A DNA stretch of 64,000 nucleotides from Octopus sinensis (taxonomy: Eukaryota): positions 164,486,001 to 164,550,000 of the forward strand of contig NC_043000.1 in assembly GCF_006345805.1 (NCBI RefSeq), read 5' to 3'. Positions 1 through 13,013 of this stretch are shown in pieces. The number at the start of each line of letters is the position of its first letter. The stretch's first letter is position 1. Under the pieces are notes generated by a model, which was given only the letters and a program-made list of their open reading frames with translations, ran no database searches and was not told the DNA's origin. A program made the translations under genes and the position numbers.

Positions 1-429
1 AAGGTCCTCTCACACACCACAATTAATGGAAGGGTTAACATCAATCAACAAGTATAGGCCTTGTCAGTTCAAGCTACTTCCCAAACAATACAGTTTTAAC
101 ATCCATCAAGTGCAGGGTTTCTTAGGCTAAGTTTGATTTTTATGTCTCCCCTTTTCAGGCAAAGCTTGATGTATTGATGAACAGTCAGCTGATGTGGAAG
201 CTATCTGAATATTGGAAAAGTGGGATCTATATCTGCTCTGCAACCAGTATACTGTGACACACTTATGTGTCACGAGGTGATGCTACGTATGTTGCAGAGT
301 AACCGAAGCAATTTTTTTCCCTATGCTTTTAGTTCAGGTGTGCTGCCGAATTTTGAAGTGTACCGCAAGTGAAAAAACAAATTTGGAGCACTGATTTTAT
401 ATTATGATGATTTGTGCTAGGCATCAAAA

Positions 430-2640
430 TGCCATCATGATGGCTGCTCAGTGCTCTGCAGAGAACAGTGACACATTAATACATCATCCTCATCATTTAA
501 CATCCATAGGTTGGATGGTTTGACTGGGCTGGCACACTGGAAGGCTGCACCACACTCCGGTCTGATTTGGCATGGTTTTCTATGGCTGGATGCCCTTCCT
601 AACACCAACCACTCTGAGAGTGTAATGGGTGCTTTTACATAACATTTCAGTGACACTGGTATCTGCCACGACTGCAGTTTTGCTTGGCTTGATGGGTCTT
701 CTCAAGCACGACATAATGCCAAAGGTCTTAGTCATTGCCTCTATGAGGCTCAACACTCAAAAGGAACTCAGCCACTTTGCCTCTGTGAGGCTCAAAGGTG
801 TTCTTTACATGCCAGTTACCATGACTATGATTTCACTTGGCTTGACGGGACCTCTCAAGCACAGCACATTGCCAAAAATCTCAGTCACCAGTCATTGCCC
901 CTGTGAGGCTCAAAGATCATGCTTCAGCACCTCAGCAAGAGTAGCAGCTCTCTGAACTTTGCTTTGCCTAATCTTATTCGCAGTTACGCTCTCCGAGCAT
1001 CCACCTCTACTACTAACTTGATCACCTAGATAATATCTAACTCTAGCTTGACCCCCCACCCCGGCAGTTTGATGGAGTCTATTTTCTGCACATTTTCAGC
1101 ATTTATTGTACCTGTGCATCTTCCACATACAAAAGCTAGTTTCCATGTTCACCTTCCTCTGATATTGTTGCACCTTTTGTGTCCAAAGCTTACACCAGGT
1201 ACATCTTATAGTTTCTACCAACACCTTTTCTACAGATCAAGCAGGGCCATCTACCTGAAGGGATTTGTGATTTGTCTACCTTCTTACTAAGACTCTGGTT
1301 TTTGCTAGGTTAACTCTAAGGTTAACTCTAGGTTAACTCTAGGTTAACTCAAAATCAGCCCTTTGCTTCCATACCTGGAACTTCTCTAGATCAGGTAGTG
1401 ATCTGGCTATAAGAGCAAGGTCATCAGTGTAGAGAAGCTTCCATGGGCAGCATGTCTTGAATTCTTTTGTTATTGCCTGGAGGACTTTGATGAATATGAG
1501 GGGGCTAAGCACTGATCCTTGGTGAACCCCTACTTGTACCCTGAATTCTTTGCTGTACTCATTACCAACTCTCACCTTACTGGTAGCATCTCTGTACATA
1601 GCTTGTACAACTCTCATGAACCACTCATCAATCCCTAATTTCTGCATTGACCACCAGATAAGGGATTAGGGGACCCTGTCAAAGGCTGTCTTCAAGCCAA
1701 CAATGGCCAAATACAGAGGTTTATCTTTGGCAAGGTTTTCTCCTGCAGCTGCCTTACCAAAAATATAGTATCAGTAGTGCTTCTACTTGACACAAAACCA
1801 AACTGCATCTCATCTAAGCTAACTTTCTCCCTAATTAACTGGACTATGACTCTCTCTGTAACTTTCATCACCTGATCCAGCAATTTGATACCTCCGTAAT
1901 TATTTCTAAGACATTGCCTTCACCTTTGTAGCAGTTGACTATGGTGCTACTACACCAGTCATTGGGTATGACTCCTTTGTGAACCACCTGATTTACAATA
2001 CAGGAGACTAGACCGTAACCCACACCACCAGATATTTTAAGCATCTCAACAGTGATTCCTGATGAGTCTGTGGGCTTTTCCTGTCTTCATATCCTTAATT
2101 GCTTTATCTACTATGCAACTGTCAATTTGGGTAGCTGATCTTTCGATTAGGTCAACATTTGGCAGACTCTCCTCCTCCCATCCAAAAATCAAGTGCACCC
2201 TCATCCATACAGGCACATGTCTCTCCTATGACAACAATTTTCTCTCACACACTGTCTTGCAATCTGAAACACTTCAGTTCTTTGGTGATCCTGTTGCTGA
2301 ACATAGGCAAACTTTTTTTCTGCTTCTCCCTTGGTTAGATATACATCTCTTAGCATCCCTTCTGGCAATCTGATACAGTTCCCTGCAACCCCCATTCTTC
2401 CAGCCTTGTTTCTTAGCTCTAATGGCCCTGTCTACTGCATCATTCTACCACCACATTACCCTAGGGTAATGTGGTGGTGGGACTTTTACACCATCCACAG
2501 ATTTGCTCTGTGCCACTCAGGACACCATCCACAGATTTGCTCTGTGCCACTCAGGACACCCTCCACACATTTGCTCTGTACCACTCACCAATTCCAACTT
2601 TCCCTCTCTAGCTCCTGCATCAGCTCTCACTAATGCTGAT
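430..2640 (-). mobile_element. Degraded RTE-clade LINE with internal deletion and (GAT)n-type 3' tail
   Basis: ORFs 1339-1647 (GVHQGSVLSPLIF...PWKLLYTDDL) and 1692-1883 (QFGFVSSRSTTDTIFLVRQLQEK) are RTE reverse-transcriptase motifs. KFRELL near 950 jumps to a degenerate C-terminus (EVLKHDL), then a 3' tail ending GATGTTAAATGATGAGGATG near 480. Contains an 11-bp x4 repeat (~1308-1348) and a 34-bp x3 repeat (2488-2587). Confidence 0.85.
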
Positions 2641-3861
2641 CACGTTTTTTAATGACTTAGTCAAAGAAGGAAGAGCACTAGATATAACCCCTTTTTTTTT
2701 TTTTGAGGGCCTTTGCAACTGATGGATGGTAGGAAATTATCCTTAAAAGAGGGGCTTGGCCCAAATGGGTTGCAAAAAAGTTAACTCTGTAAAAGGCATA
2801 CCTATATGATCAAAGGTATTCCAGCCAAGGTAATCACATTTACTTCTCACACAGATAATGTAATAGCATATTTATTACATTATCCAGTTTCCTTCCTCTT
2901 TTTTAAAGATGTGTGATTTGGCTGCTATTTCTGAAGCTCAAATGACTGCATAAAGACTTCATTATTGGCTCATTTTAGTTTAGCATCAGGTCAGCCTTTA
3001 TCAAAAAGACTCATAATTAAAGAGGTTCCAACAGTAATCTTTTTTAGAATCATAACAATTCCTGGATTATCCAATATATCCTTAAATTTACAAGATGGTA
3101 AATGAGATTTGGTTGCTCTTTCTAAAGGTTGAGTGACTGCATAAAAGACTCTTAGCTCATTTTTATTTAGTCTCAGGTCAACCCTGATCAATGATTGAAG
3201 ATGTTCTGTCCATGAACTTTCCAGCCTTTTTTTTTTCTCAAAAGTATATCCAATGTACCCTTCATTTTTTTAACCCTTTAACTTAAAAATTAAACTTCAT
3301 GGTTATTCCAATAATGATGTTAATTTATCTGCAAAAAAAAAAAAGTTCCAAATATGACATTCCTCAGCAAAAGACAGACTGGTGTATAAAACTGCTTTTC
3401 AGTTAAGAGTAATGAAATTTTGAGTGGACAAGACGTGGTTTCCACAGCAACGGGGTTAAGGTAGAATGCTGGGATTTGGGGGTATTTGACCGGCTGAATG
3501 GCAAGATAGACTCCTTCATTGGTTCGACTATTAATTGCTTATAAATATTGTTGGTTATTTTGAAGGCAGTTTTAAGGAAGTAGGTTGCCATTTATTCCAA
3601 AACTTGTAGATAAGAATCTTGAAGAGAGAAGTGTTGATGTCTTGTAATATAATTCTTGAAAGCTTTGTAGGAATATAAATTGAATTTTACTATTTGAATG
3701 ATACTTTAATTTACTGACATAGTAAGATAAAAGGCTAAGTTGACCGTGGCAAATTTGCCAAGTTCACTCTTTATATTTTGAGTTCAAATCTTGCCAAGGT
3801 CAACTTAGCCTTTAGTAAAGCAACTACAGAAGAGTTTTCAATGAGTATCCTGCTAGTAGTA

Positions 3862-4197
3862 AAGGGTAAAGACCCCCTTCGGTCATGAATGACCATGGGA
3901 TTGCACCTAGAAAGTTACCCTCCTAGACACAAGTCCGGGCAAGGTTGTTTATGGAAGACCAGTAGTCGCCCATGCATACCAGCCTCCCCTCTCCGTGCCA
4001 CCAGTGTTATCCAAGGGAAAGACAAAGGCCGATACAGCTTGGAACCAGTGACGTCGCAGCTCATTTCTACAGCTGAGTGAACTGGAGCAACGTGAAATAA
4101 AGTGCCTTGCTCAAGAACACAACACGCAGCCCGGTCCGGGATTCGAGCTCACAACCTCACGATCGTAAGCTTGACGCTCTAACCACTGAGCCATGCG
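3862..4197 (-). mobile_element. Young tRNA-derived SINE with target-site duplication
   Basis: Minus-strand head GGCGCATGGCTCAGTGGTTAGAGCGTC...GTGAGCTCGAATCCCGG (A/B-box-like). CCTGCTAGTAGTA is duplicated at 3849-3861 and 4198-4210. CpGs retained. Confidence 0.85.
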
Positions 4198-4200
4198 CCT

Positions 4201-4480
4201 GCTAGTAGTACTGCACAACTAAACAGAGCATTGAACTCCTTCCAAAATATTTCAGCTCAAAATTATAATTCTCTACCAGCACAGGTGAGGCCCATGATGG
4301 AGCACTACACATAGAAACATTTGAAACTGCATCATCAATGCAGATTAAAGGTCACCAAACTGTATAACAGGAGTTTGCTCTCCAACAGTTTTTGTCTTGC
4401 AAATGCATTATGTCTTCTTTACTTCGACCATCACTACAGTAGCTTCTGCTTCTGGGTCTTACTGATCATGTGTCATCTCC
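4201..4480 (+). mobile_element. Highly degraded CR1/L2-like LINE remnant (interrupted by the SINE above)
   Basis: With one frameshift, 4265-4308 reads IILY-AQVRPMMEHY, resembling the LYxAxVRPxMEY motif downstream of the RT domain. Confidence 0.45.
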
Positions 4481-6251
4481 ACTAAGGGACTCCTGTCTCA
4501 ATTATCTCTCCACTCATCTGGTGACCAGCTCCTCAGGTTTGACACTAATTATTATGCTCAGTCTTCTGTTTCCAGAACATCAGCTCTCTGCCCTTGTTTT
4601 TTGGAAGCTATATACTTTTGGGTATAGTGCAGGATACTCTTTGGAGTCAATCTGTGATATGGAGAATTAAAGTAACACTAGAGGCAAGTGCTAACATTCT
4701 AGTACTCTATGCCAGGGTTACAGTAAAAGCCCCGAATCAGCAGGACAAGTGGAAGTGTGTTGTATACTCTACGTAGCTCTGATGACAGAAGGTTACAACA
4801 ATTCGATACCCACAATCATCTTGGGTACCACTGCTATTTTATCATCAACATCCTGGGTACATTACACCCAATTACTTCACTGTCAAATGGTACAGTAGAT
4901 TGTCACAACATTGACTAAATTTGTCTCCATCAAGAAAGCACAGATAGACTAATGATTGCCTGACACAATTTCTGCTAATTAAAAGCTATCATTGGCTTTA
5001 AATTGACGATCAGTTATAACTTATTTAAGGGGAACATTAACTACATTGATGCTACAGGTCCAAGAGGATTTACAAAGGCCATTTCTTCATATCAGACCAT
5101 TAAAAACTTAGCAAAAAAAAAAAAGAATACATTTTTTTTCATATAATGAGGTGTGACTGTGATTTGTAGCAGATCAAGCCACCATGTAGGGGCTCCCTCC
5201 TCAGCTTGCCAGAATAAGGCTGTAGTTAAACTGCAGGGTTTCAGTAGCTTGGAATGAGGATTGAACTAACTTGCTTTGTCTTTCATAATAGGTTCATCAA
5301 GGATCACTAGCCTCTCTCCTCAAAGCTAATGACAGGTTGTATTCACCTGGGAAATGATAGGAGAAATGTGTGACTAAACCATAAAATAGATGGCAGTTCT
5401 GACTGTTTGATTATTGTTGTTTAACTCAGATTAAGTTTCACCTAGCAGACCTACAATAAAAGACAATCAAGTTGAGAGCATTTCATCTTTATGGACATAG
5501 ATTATCTCAGACTAAAATATCCAATAAATCCTCTTAAAAATAGTGGAATATGATCAGAAGACAGATGTAACCATCTGAGAAATGGTGTTGTAAGAGAAGG
5601 AATGCATTATCATGTGGGGAAACTAAGCAGTTTCAACTAAAATCTACCTCTGTTAAAAGTCCTTTGGTTATAGCTTGAGCCACTTTAAAAGAATTAATGC
5701 TAAGACTCCACTTGATGGATATATTTGGATCAGGTGATAGCTTCCATTACTCAACTTAAAAGATAGTCAAAGAGTTACTTCTTTCAATAACTTACTGGAT
5801 CTGAAAATTCAAATCACACATACGCATGCATGCATGCACAGACGGAATATCTTAAATCCACAATTCTCAGTTCACCCTGCTGGAAAGAAATCCTACTGAG
5901 TCTTTGATAAAAGGTCAGCAAAAAAAAAGAAGTGCTGATTCTCTCATTCTATTGGAATCACTGCTGATTCCAAAGTAAAGCCTCCAGCTCAAGAGTCAAT
6001 GAAACAGACTCTACACAACGATTGGCTCTGCTAGAAATTTCAGTTAAATATCCCTCAAATCTTTCTATTTCATGTCTGTCTGTCCCTCTATCTATTTGTG
6101 TGTGTGGATGTATATATAATACACACATACATATATATATGAGAAGCGGGGAAAGAGAAATGTAGTAAATAAACACAGTTAGGTTTGAGACATATATTTG
6201 CATGGAACACTACTGTGTTATCTATACAGAGCTTATTTGCTCTCACCCACT

Positions 6252-6295
<44 letters not shown>

Positions 6296-7659
6296 GATCA
6301 GCTGTAGTCTTAGATACATTGTGCCTAAAGTAATGGCAGTATGGTCGTCGTTGGTATACTTTTGATTACATGTCTACTCAATCAAAACCAACTTAAATCG
6401 CATTCCAACATTAAAAGCTCGGTAGAGGGTGGCTCTCTTGTGCAGCTAATTCATCATATTCATCACTGTACACAATTCATCTATTACAGATATCTGACTG
6501 ACCATAAACATCCCTCTATACAGTCACCGATGCTTGCCTACACAGTTAATCTATCACATTCACTGACTGTACAGATGATCCATCAGATAATCTGTCACAT
6601 ACACTGTTTGTACCAGCTGATCCACTACAGACACCTAAATGTCTTGTGCTCATCCACCACACACAGCTGTTTACATATCACGTAAGTGATCCACCAGATA
6701 AATCTGGTGGCACAACAGACAGTATCACCACCCCAAGAGATCAGGTCAGACAGGTATTGATGTATTGACACCTGAAATAGAAAAACAGGGAAAGAAGAAT
6801 TAAAAGAAAGAAAGAAAAATAGCAATTGTGGTTTTACTGATATATTTATGCTGAGCACAATTTTTCACTCCAGATTTACATAGAGAATAGTGATGATGAT
6901 GATGATAATAATTTAATAATAATAATAATAATAATAAATGACAACAACAATTACTGTCAAAAATAATGGTGATAATGAGAATTTCTTACTTAGGCATGAA
7001 GTCACAAATTTGAGAAAGACGTGTATGTGTGTGTATATATATAGCTATAGATATATTTCCCACAATCCTGAAATCAATTGATATGTAATTGAACCTTTTC
7101 ATGAATCTTTTTCATTTATTTCCCCAAGCTCAGCATGTGTTTATTGTGATATTCAAGGTAGTTTAGAGCCATTTGGCATCTTCTTTCAGCATGTAGCTAA
7201 GCCTGTGTACTTACTCGCTTGCCCTGAATATAAATTTATATATATATACATACATACATACACATATGCACACATGTCTTTCTGAATGGGCATTAGCTAT
7301 GTGAAGCAGTTCCAATAAGGAATTGAAACCAAATCTGTTGATTTGGTTGCCGAGAACTTGCCACAATGTCACAATACTAGCCACAATAATAATAATAATT
7401 ATGATGATGATGAGGAGGGTTTTTATTTACTTAGGCATAAAGCTTCAGATGTTTAAGGTACAATTGTTTCAAGGAAAATTGAGACATTCACGCCTTTTGC
7501 AACGAGATTATGACAAAGCAATTAATAACAATAATAATAATAATGAATTAGCTCTACTAAATTAACATAGTAAAGCATTTTAGAATAAGATCTCAACTAA
7601 TAAATCCTGAGATAATAAGTTTTCAGAAAGGTCATTACATTTTAGGACGTTTAAATTCT

Positions 7660-7665
7660 TTTATT
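7660..7665 (-). promoter_or_regulatory. Candidate polyadenylation signal of FBXO9
   Basis: AATAAA on the minus strand ~550 nt after the stop codon, following a U-rich 3' UTR. Inference only. Confidence 0.35.
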
Positions 7666-8217
7666 TCAGTTTCATCAGTTCACACTAAAATTTCAAAAGG
7701 AAATGACCCCCAAAATATAATTAATCAATTTACTGATAAAAATTAAGATAAAAAAAAAAAACAAAAGTATAGAAAAAAAAATATATGAAAAAAAAAAGAG
7801 AATCAAACACAGAAATGAAACAAGAAAAATCGCAACTAACTCGAAAGTAATCTCTCCGCTAAAGGAAGAGCAAACGAAATGGGGTTAGGACTGAAAGATT
7901 TGCTACATTGAATGGGTTCAATGGATATTGAGATCAAAGTTAAAAAGCAGAAAAATTAATGTTTTTAAAGAAGTTAGAAAAAATACTTAACAAAATATTA
8001 GTACAAAGCCAACCTAATTACAGATGGTTTCCAATGAAATATTAGCAAAAACAAAAACAAAAATAATTAAAAGAGATAATATAAATAAATATTTTAAAAT
8101 ACAAAAAAGTAAAAAAAAGCAAAAAAAAAGCAGTTCTACAAATGAAATCATTGAGAGTCCAATGCCACCAGCTTTGCACAGAACCTTCAAAGGGCAAATG
8201 AGCAAACAATATATCCC

Positions 8218-8332
8218 TCATTGGAGAGGTTTCACGGCATAGGTGCTGTAGCTTTTCACTCGTGAGAAATACAGCGGAGGGTAATTCTGCTCATTAAGGT
8301 CAAAATCTGTAACTGTTTCTCTATTACTGGAT
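8218..8332 (-). CDS. FBXO9: FBXO9 last coding exon
   Basis: TTTTTCAG acceptor; (K)SSNRETVTDFDLNEQNYPPLYFSRVKSYSTYAVKPLQ-TGA matches the FBXO9 C-terminus ([20 protein letters not shown]). Confidence 0.95.
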
Positions 8333-8394
8333 CTGAAAAAAAAAGAGAAAAGAAAAATGCAAATCATACAAGAAATATCCATCCATCTTCTCTG

Positions 8395-8990
8395 TTCAAT
8401 ATTCCTGGGAGGGTTGTTGGGGTAGAATCGTCAGACACCTCCTCCATAGGGCTCTATAAGAAGCAACTGTCATTAGACTTTCTAGATGGATTCCCAGGCA
8501 TGGCCAATTGAAACTATGGACATTATCTAGCCATCTCATTCTTGGTCTACCCACTGGATTTCTTTCCTGAGACACTTTAATCACATGTCCATTGTACCAG
8601 AGATGTAATCTTTCAATCTGGAGAACAAGTGGCTTGAATGGGGAGACTCCTTGATCTTTGAGCTACACATCCAGTTGAGTAATTTTCTTCTAGAGATCTT
8701 CCACAGGAATCCTATTTTGTCCACTTGTGATCATACTCTTTTAGTCATTACACAATATTCATGACCAGAAGTGAGGAAAGGCAAGAAAACTAAACTGAAG
8801 CTTTCTTACCAACCTATCCTTTAGGACTGAATGCTAAAACTGGCACATTTCTGTACCAGCACCTGCAATTCTAGCATCTGATTAAGCCTCCTGCTTCCCA
8901 TCACTCAAAAAAATGGCCCTGAGATACCTAAACTTCCCTATTTGTCTCAATGGTGTTCTAATAATATAGATGAGAAATATCAATAGCAAA
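8395..8990 (-). mobile_element. Degraded RTE LINE 3' fragment in the last FBXO9 intron
   Basis: ORF 8396-8584 contains RNPVGRPRMRWLDNV, the RTE GRPxxRWxD C-terminal motif. Confidence 0.6.
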
Positions 8991-9262
8991 AACTCATTAG
9001 AGAAATGTTCAAATCAGCACAACCAAATGTTAACAGAACCTTTTCTTCACGGATTAATTATTTCTAATTACTTTTTAAAAATTCTCTCCACATTAAATAA
9101 GTTAACACTGATTATGAATTTCCAAAAATAATAATTCTCAATTAAAAAAAAAAAAATATTAATGCTGTGATAATAGGTGTGCTTCATCAGAGCAGAATTG
9201 GAGAAAAACAGCAATAGCTATGGGATATCACTTCCCTAGCAGAACTGTTCAATTGTACTTAC

Positions 9263-9342
9263 TTGTAGAATGTATGCAAAGAATAATGGCGCCATATCAG
9301 TTTTGCAAATTTACGCCGCCCAGCTGACTGTAACCCAAACTC
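9263..9342 (-). CDS. FBXO9: FBXO9 coding exon
   Basis: TTACAG / GTAAGT; EFGLQSAGRRKFAKLIWRHYSLHTFY(K) resembles [26 protein letters not shown]; phase 0 to 2. Confidence 0.93.
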
Positions 9343-9479
9343 CTGTAATGGAAGAACAAGGAATATGAAATTAGTTTATTGTTATTGTATACAAATACAA
9401 TATAAATTATCTAATGAGAGAACCTCTACATAGTAGCTCAGCTGACAAGAAATAGCCCACAAATTTCCCTCAAATTACA

Positions 9480-9700
9480 CTATCATCATCATTTAACTTG
9501 CACTATCCATGCTGGCATGGGTTGGGTGGTTTGACATGGAGCTGACTAGCTGACTCCAATTGTCTGTTGTGACATAGTTTCTACAGCTGGATGCTAACCA
9601 CTCTACAGAGTGTGCTGGGTGCTTTTTACGTGCCACTGGCATGGGTGCGTTTCCACAGCAGCAGCATGGGTGCACTTTATGTGGCACCGGCACCTGAAAG
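9480..9700 (-). mobile_element. (GAT)n-tailed RTE-3'-end/SINE copy
   Basis: Similar to the 3' tail at 430-640 (CATGCTGGCATGGGTTGG...GGGTGCTTTTTACGTGCCAC on plus). Confidence 0.65.
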
Positions 9701-11159
9701 GACAAGCTTGGATGTGTGGAAGATGGCGATTTTACTTAGCTTGATGTATCTTATCAAGTACAGTAAATCACCAAATCTCCTGGTCCCTTGTAGTTTCCTT
9801 GATGAGGACCATTGTCCAAAAAGGGTGCAACAAATTGGATGCACAAAACCCATGACATCATTTAACATTTAGGGCGTAATTTGGTGGCAATCTGGTTGTT
9901 ATTCATGTTTTTATTTATATACTAGTTATATACTAGTTATAGTCATTGGACTGCAGTCAAGCAGTGGCACCATTTTCAAAGGCCTTTTTTTTTTTTAATT
10001 ATTGATCATTTTGACACAGTCAGCTATTTTAGTCACATACTTATCAATCTCTATCAAACAGCTTAGTAACCTTTTGGTAGAAAGGGATATTCTGTGGCAT
10101 ACACAATCAGAGACACAAACTAATGACGAAGCCTCTACATGCTAAAAATAGCAGCCAAACCTCCCTCAAATTAGACCCTATTGTCTTACAGAAGGAAAGA
10201 CACCTTGATTAATGTAGTCCTAAGTATATTGTTTGAAAAGATAGAATGGTAATGATTGGAATACATTTGATATGTCTGTATGGTCAGATCTAACTTGTAA
10301 ATAAATTATCAGGATGACATAGACATATATGACAAGTTTCTGTACAGTTTTTGTCAATCAAATTATCAGAGCATCAGAAGAGTTGCCTGGGGCAGTTTTT
10401 GTTCTCCTTTTTGTGTTCTCATTTCTTAGCAGTGGATTCAATCCATCGCTTGATTTAACACTGTCACCTTTGATGCCATTAGTAATATTCACTCTGTTGT
10501 AAGTATTTGGGTCAGATCTCTGATTTGAGGACAACTTTCTCCTTTCCTTATACTAATCTCAAAGGCCCTGAAAAAAAGTATAAGTAATAGTTGCTGTCCT
10601 TTCCTCTAAGACTAAATGGTAAAAAAGAAAACAGTCCTTTTTAAGACAGCTGGGTGTAATTTGAGGAAGCTACAACTGCTATTTCTAGTGAGTTGAGTGA
10701 TATGTAAAAGCTCCATTGTTGGCTTGTAAGGTGTTGTTTAGCCCAAGGTCATCTCTGACTGAGCAGAAGTATGACCAAAAGCATTCCAGCTATAATCATC
10801 CTGTCTTCTTGGATAGTTGTGACTACACAATCCAATAGGTTTTTTCTTGGATTGTGTGGTTGAAGAGAGCTATTTCTAGCTTGCTGAGTACTGTGTAGAG
10901 GCTCCCACATTGATCTGAAGCACATGATGTGTAGTATTATGATACAGGCATGATAAGACATTGTGTTGTAATGAATTCTTTAGATCTGCCTAGACCTGTC
11001 AGTCTTATGGCACACAGCTGGATTACTGAACAACTAAACACAACTCACAACAAATCAATCTTCTCAGTTATTTCATGTCTCTATTCAGCCAACGACCATA
11101 CTGCTGCACATTCTAACATAAAAGGTAATGAATTGTAATGGATGCAGTATGACAGTCAA

Positions 11160-12032
11160 CATCATCATCATCATCATCATCCTCATTTAACGTCCGCTTT
11201 CCATGCTAGCATGGGTTGGACGGTTCAACTGGAGTCTGGGGAGCCCGAAGGCTGCACCAGGCCAGTCAGATCTGGCAGTGTTTCTACAGCTGGATGCCCT
11301 TCCTAACGCCAACCACTCCGAGAGTGTAGTGGGTGATTTTATGTGCCACCGACACAGGTGCCAGACGAGGCTGGCGAACGGCCACGCTCGGATGGTGTTT
11401 TTTTTTTATGTGCCAGACGAGGCTGGCAGACGGCCACGCTCGGATGGTGTTTTTATGTGCCACCGACACAAGTGCCAGATGAGGCTGGCGGACGGCCACG
11501 ATCGGATGGTGTTTGTTACGTGCCCACAGCACGGAGGCCAGTCGATGCGGTACTGGCTACGGCCACATTCGGATGGTTTTCTTGTGTGCCACTGGCACTG
11601 GTACCACAAAGATACAAATTCCATTGATGTTCATCTATTTTGATTTGGTTTGATTTTCACTTGCCTCAACAGGTCTTCACAAGTGTCACATACTTGCCTC
11701 AACAGGTCTTCACAAGTGTCATAAGAAGGAAGGTATGCACAGGTAGACTGACTACGTCCCAGGTAGGGGCCACGGGTTATGGCCTGACTAGTCTTGCGGG
11801 TCTTTGGATGGTGTTTTTATGTGCCACCAACACAGGTGCCAGATGAGGCTGGCGAACGGCCACGATCGGATGGTGTTTGTTACGTGCCCACAGCACGGAG
11901 GCCAGTCGATGTGGTACTGGCTACCGCCACGTTCGGATGGTTTTCTTGTGTGCCACCGGCATTGGTACCACAAAGATACAAATTCCATTGATGTTCATCT
12001 ATTTTGATTTGTTTTGATTGGATTTGATTATG

Positions 12033-12073
<41 letters not shown>

Positions 12074-12125
12074 CATTATCACTTGCCTCAACAGGTCTTC
12101 ACAAGTGTCATTTGATTTGATTATT
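11160..12125 (-). mobile_element. (GAT)n-tailed element with internal ~62-bp tandem repeats and a partial tandem duplication
   Basis: ATGTGCCACCGACACAGGTGCCAGACGAGGCTGGCGAACGGCCACGCTCGGATGG units; ~11807-12120 duplicates ~11445-11700; near-identical to 38205-38685. Confidence 0.8.
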
Positions 12126-12899
12126 ATATTTATTGTAATGTCCAATCTATTTCTAATAAACCTGGACATTCTGGACAGTTGCCGTTCCTCTGCACTTATT
12201 GCTGCTGGGGTGCATCTCTGTGATACTATGGATGTTGCTAATGTGTACATAGACTGAGTGGGAGATAGTGCTTTTAGGATATTGTAGTAGTGTTCTGGGG
12301 GTGATGTGTGTGTTGCCAAAGATTCAGAGATGGTTTTTTATGTAGTGTCAGCATCTGTAGGAATTAAGAGTCATTGCAGCAACAAACCATGCCTCTTGTT
12401 TGCCCAGGTAGTTTTAATTTTTAGTATCTTTTCCAGCAGGGAACATAGATGTGAAATAATTATATATATAGTCCAACCCATGCCGGCTTGGAAGGCAGAT
12501 GTTAAACGAAGATGATGATAATGATACAGACACATACACAGAAACATATAAATATACATATACACATGCATGTGTATGTATGTATGTATGTATGTATATA
12601 TATATATATTTGCTTGTACCTGTCAGCAAAGAATTATTGGCAAAAAACTCAAAATACTGGTGCTTTACAAAAAAGTCTCTTGAGATATTTGTTTTGCCTG
12701 AGTTACAGATACTCCCTTCTCACTCTCACCCTCAGAATGCAATATACCAGTTCTGGTTCAGTGAAAATCTGTATCCAAAAATACTAATGTTTACTAACAG
12801 CAATATCAATAAAGAAAGAAAGGAAGAAAGGAAGAAAAAAGAAAGGAAGAAAGAAAGGAAGAAAAAAAGAAAGGAAGAAAGAAAGAAAGGAAGACCTAC

Positions 12900-13013
12900 C
12901 ACATTAAATGTGTGCTCAGGGTCATCATTCTCGTTTGGCCTGTTACGCTTATTACGTCGACTGTACTGGTTCGAGTACTCATTCGGCTTGGCACGGGTTA
13001 AATAGGCAGTAAT
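12900..13013 (-). CDS. FBXO9: FBXO9 coding exon
   Basis: CCTGCAG / GTAGGT; ITAYLTRAKPNEYSNQYSRRNKRNRPNENDDPEHTFNV; phase 0 to 0, joins both neighbours in frame. Confidence 0.88.

Noticed and set aside
219-250. KSGIYICSATS resembling an Ig-domain YxC motif
   Set aside because: Upstream Ig strand pattern absent and a stop follows immediately; likely chance.
4140-4200. tRNA-like sequences here and at ~35692, 47118, 61787
   Set aside because: SINE heads: A/B boxes run into repeat bodies without a complete cloverleaf.
11203-12007. Multiple ORFs here and at 38297-38737
   Set aside because: GC-rich tandem units inside a dispersed repeat; open in several frames with no protein motif.
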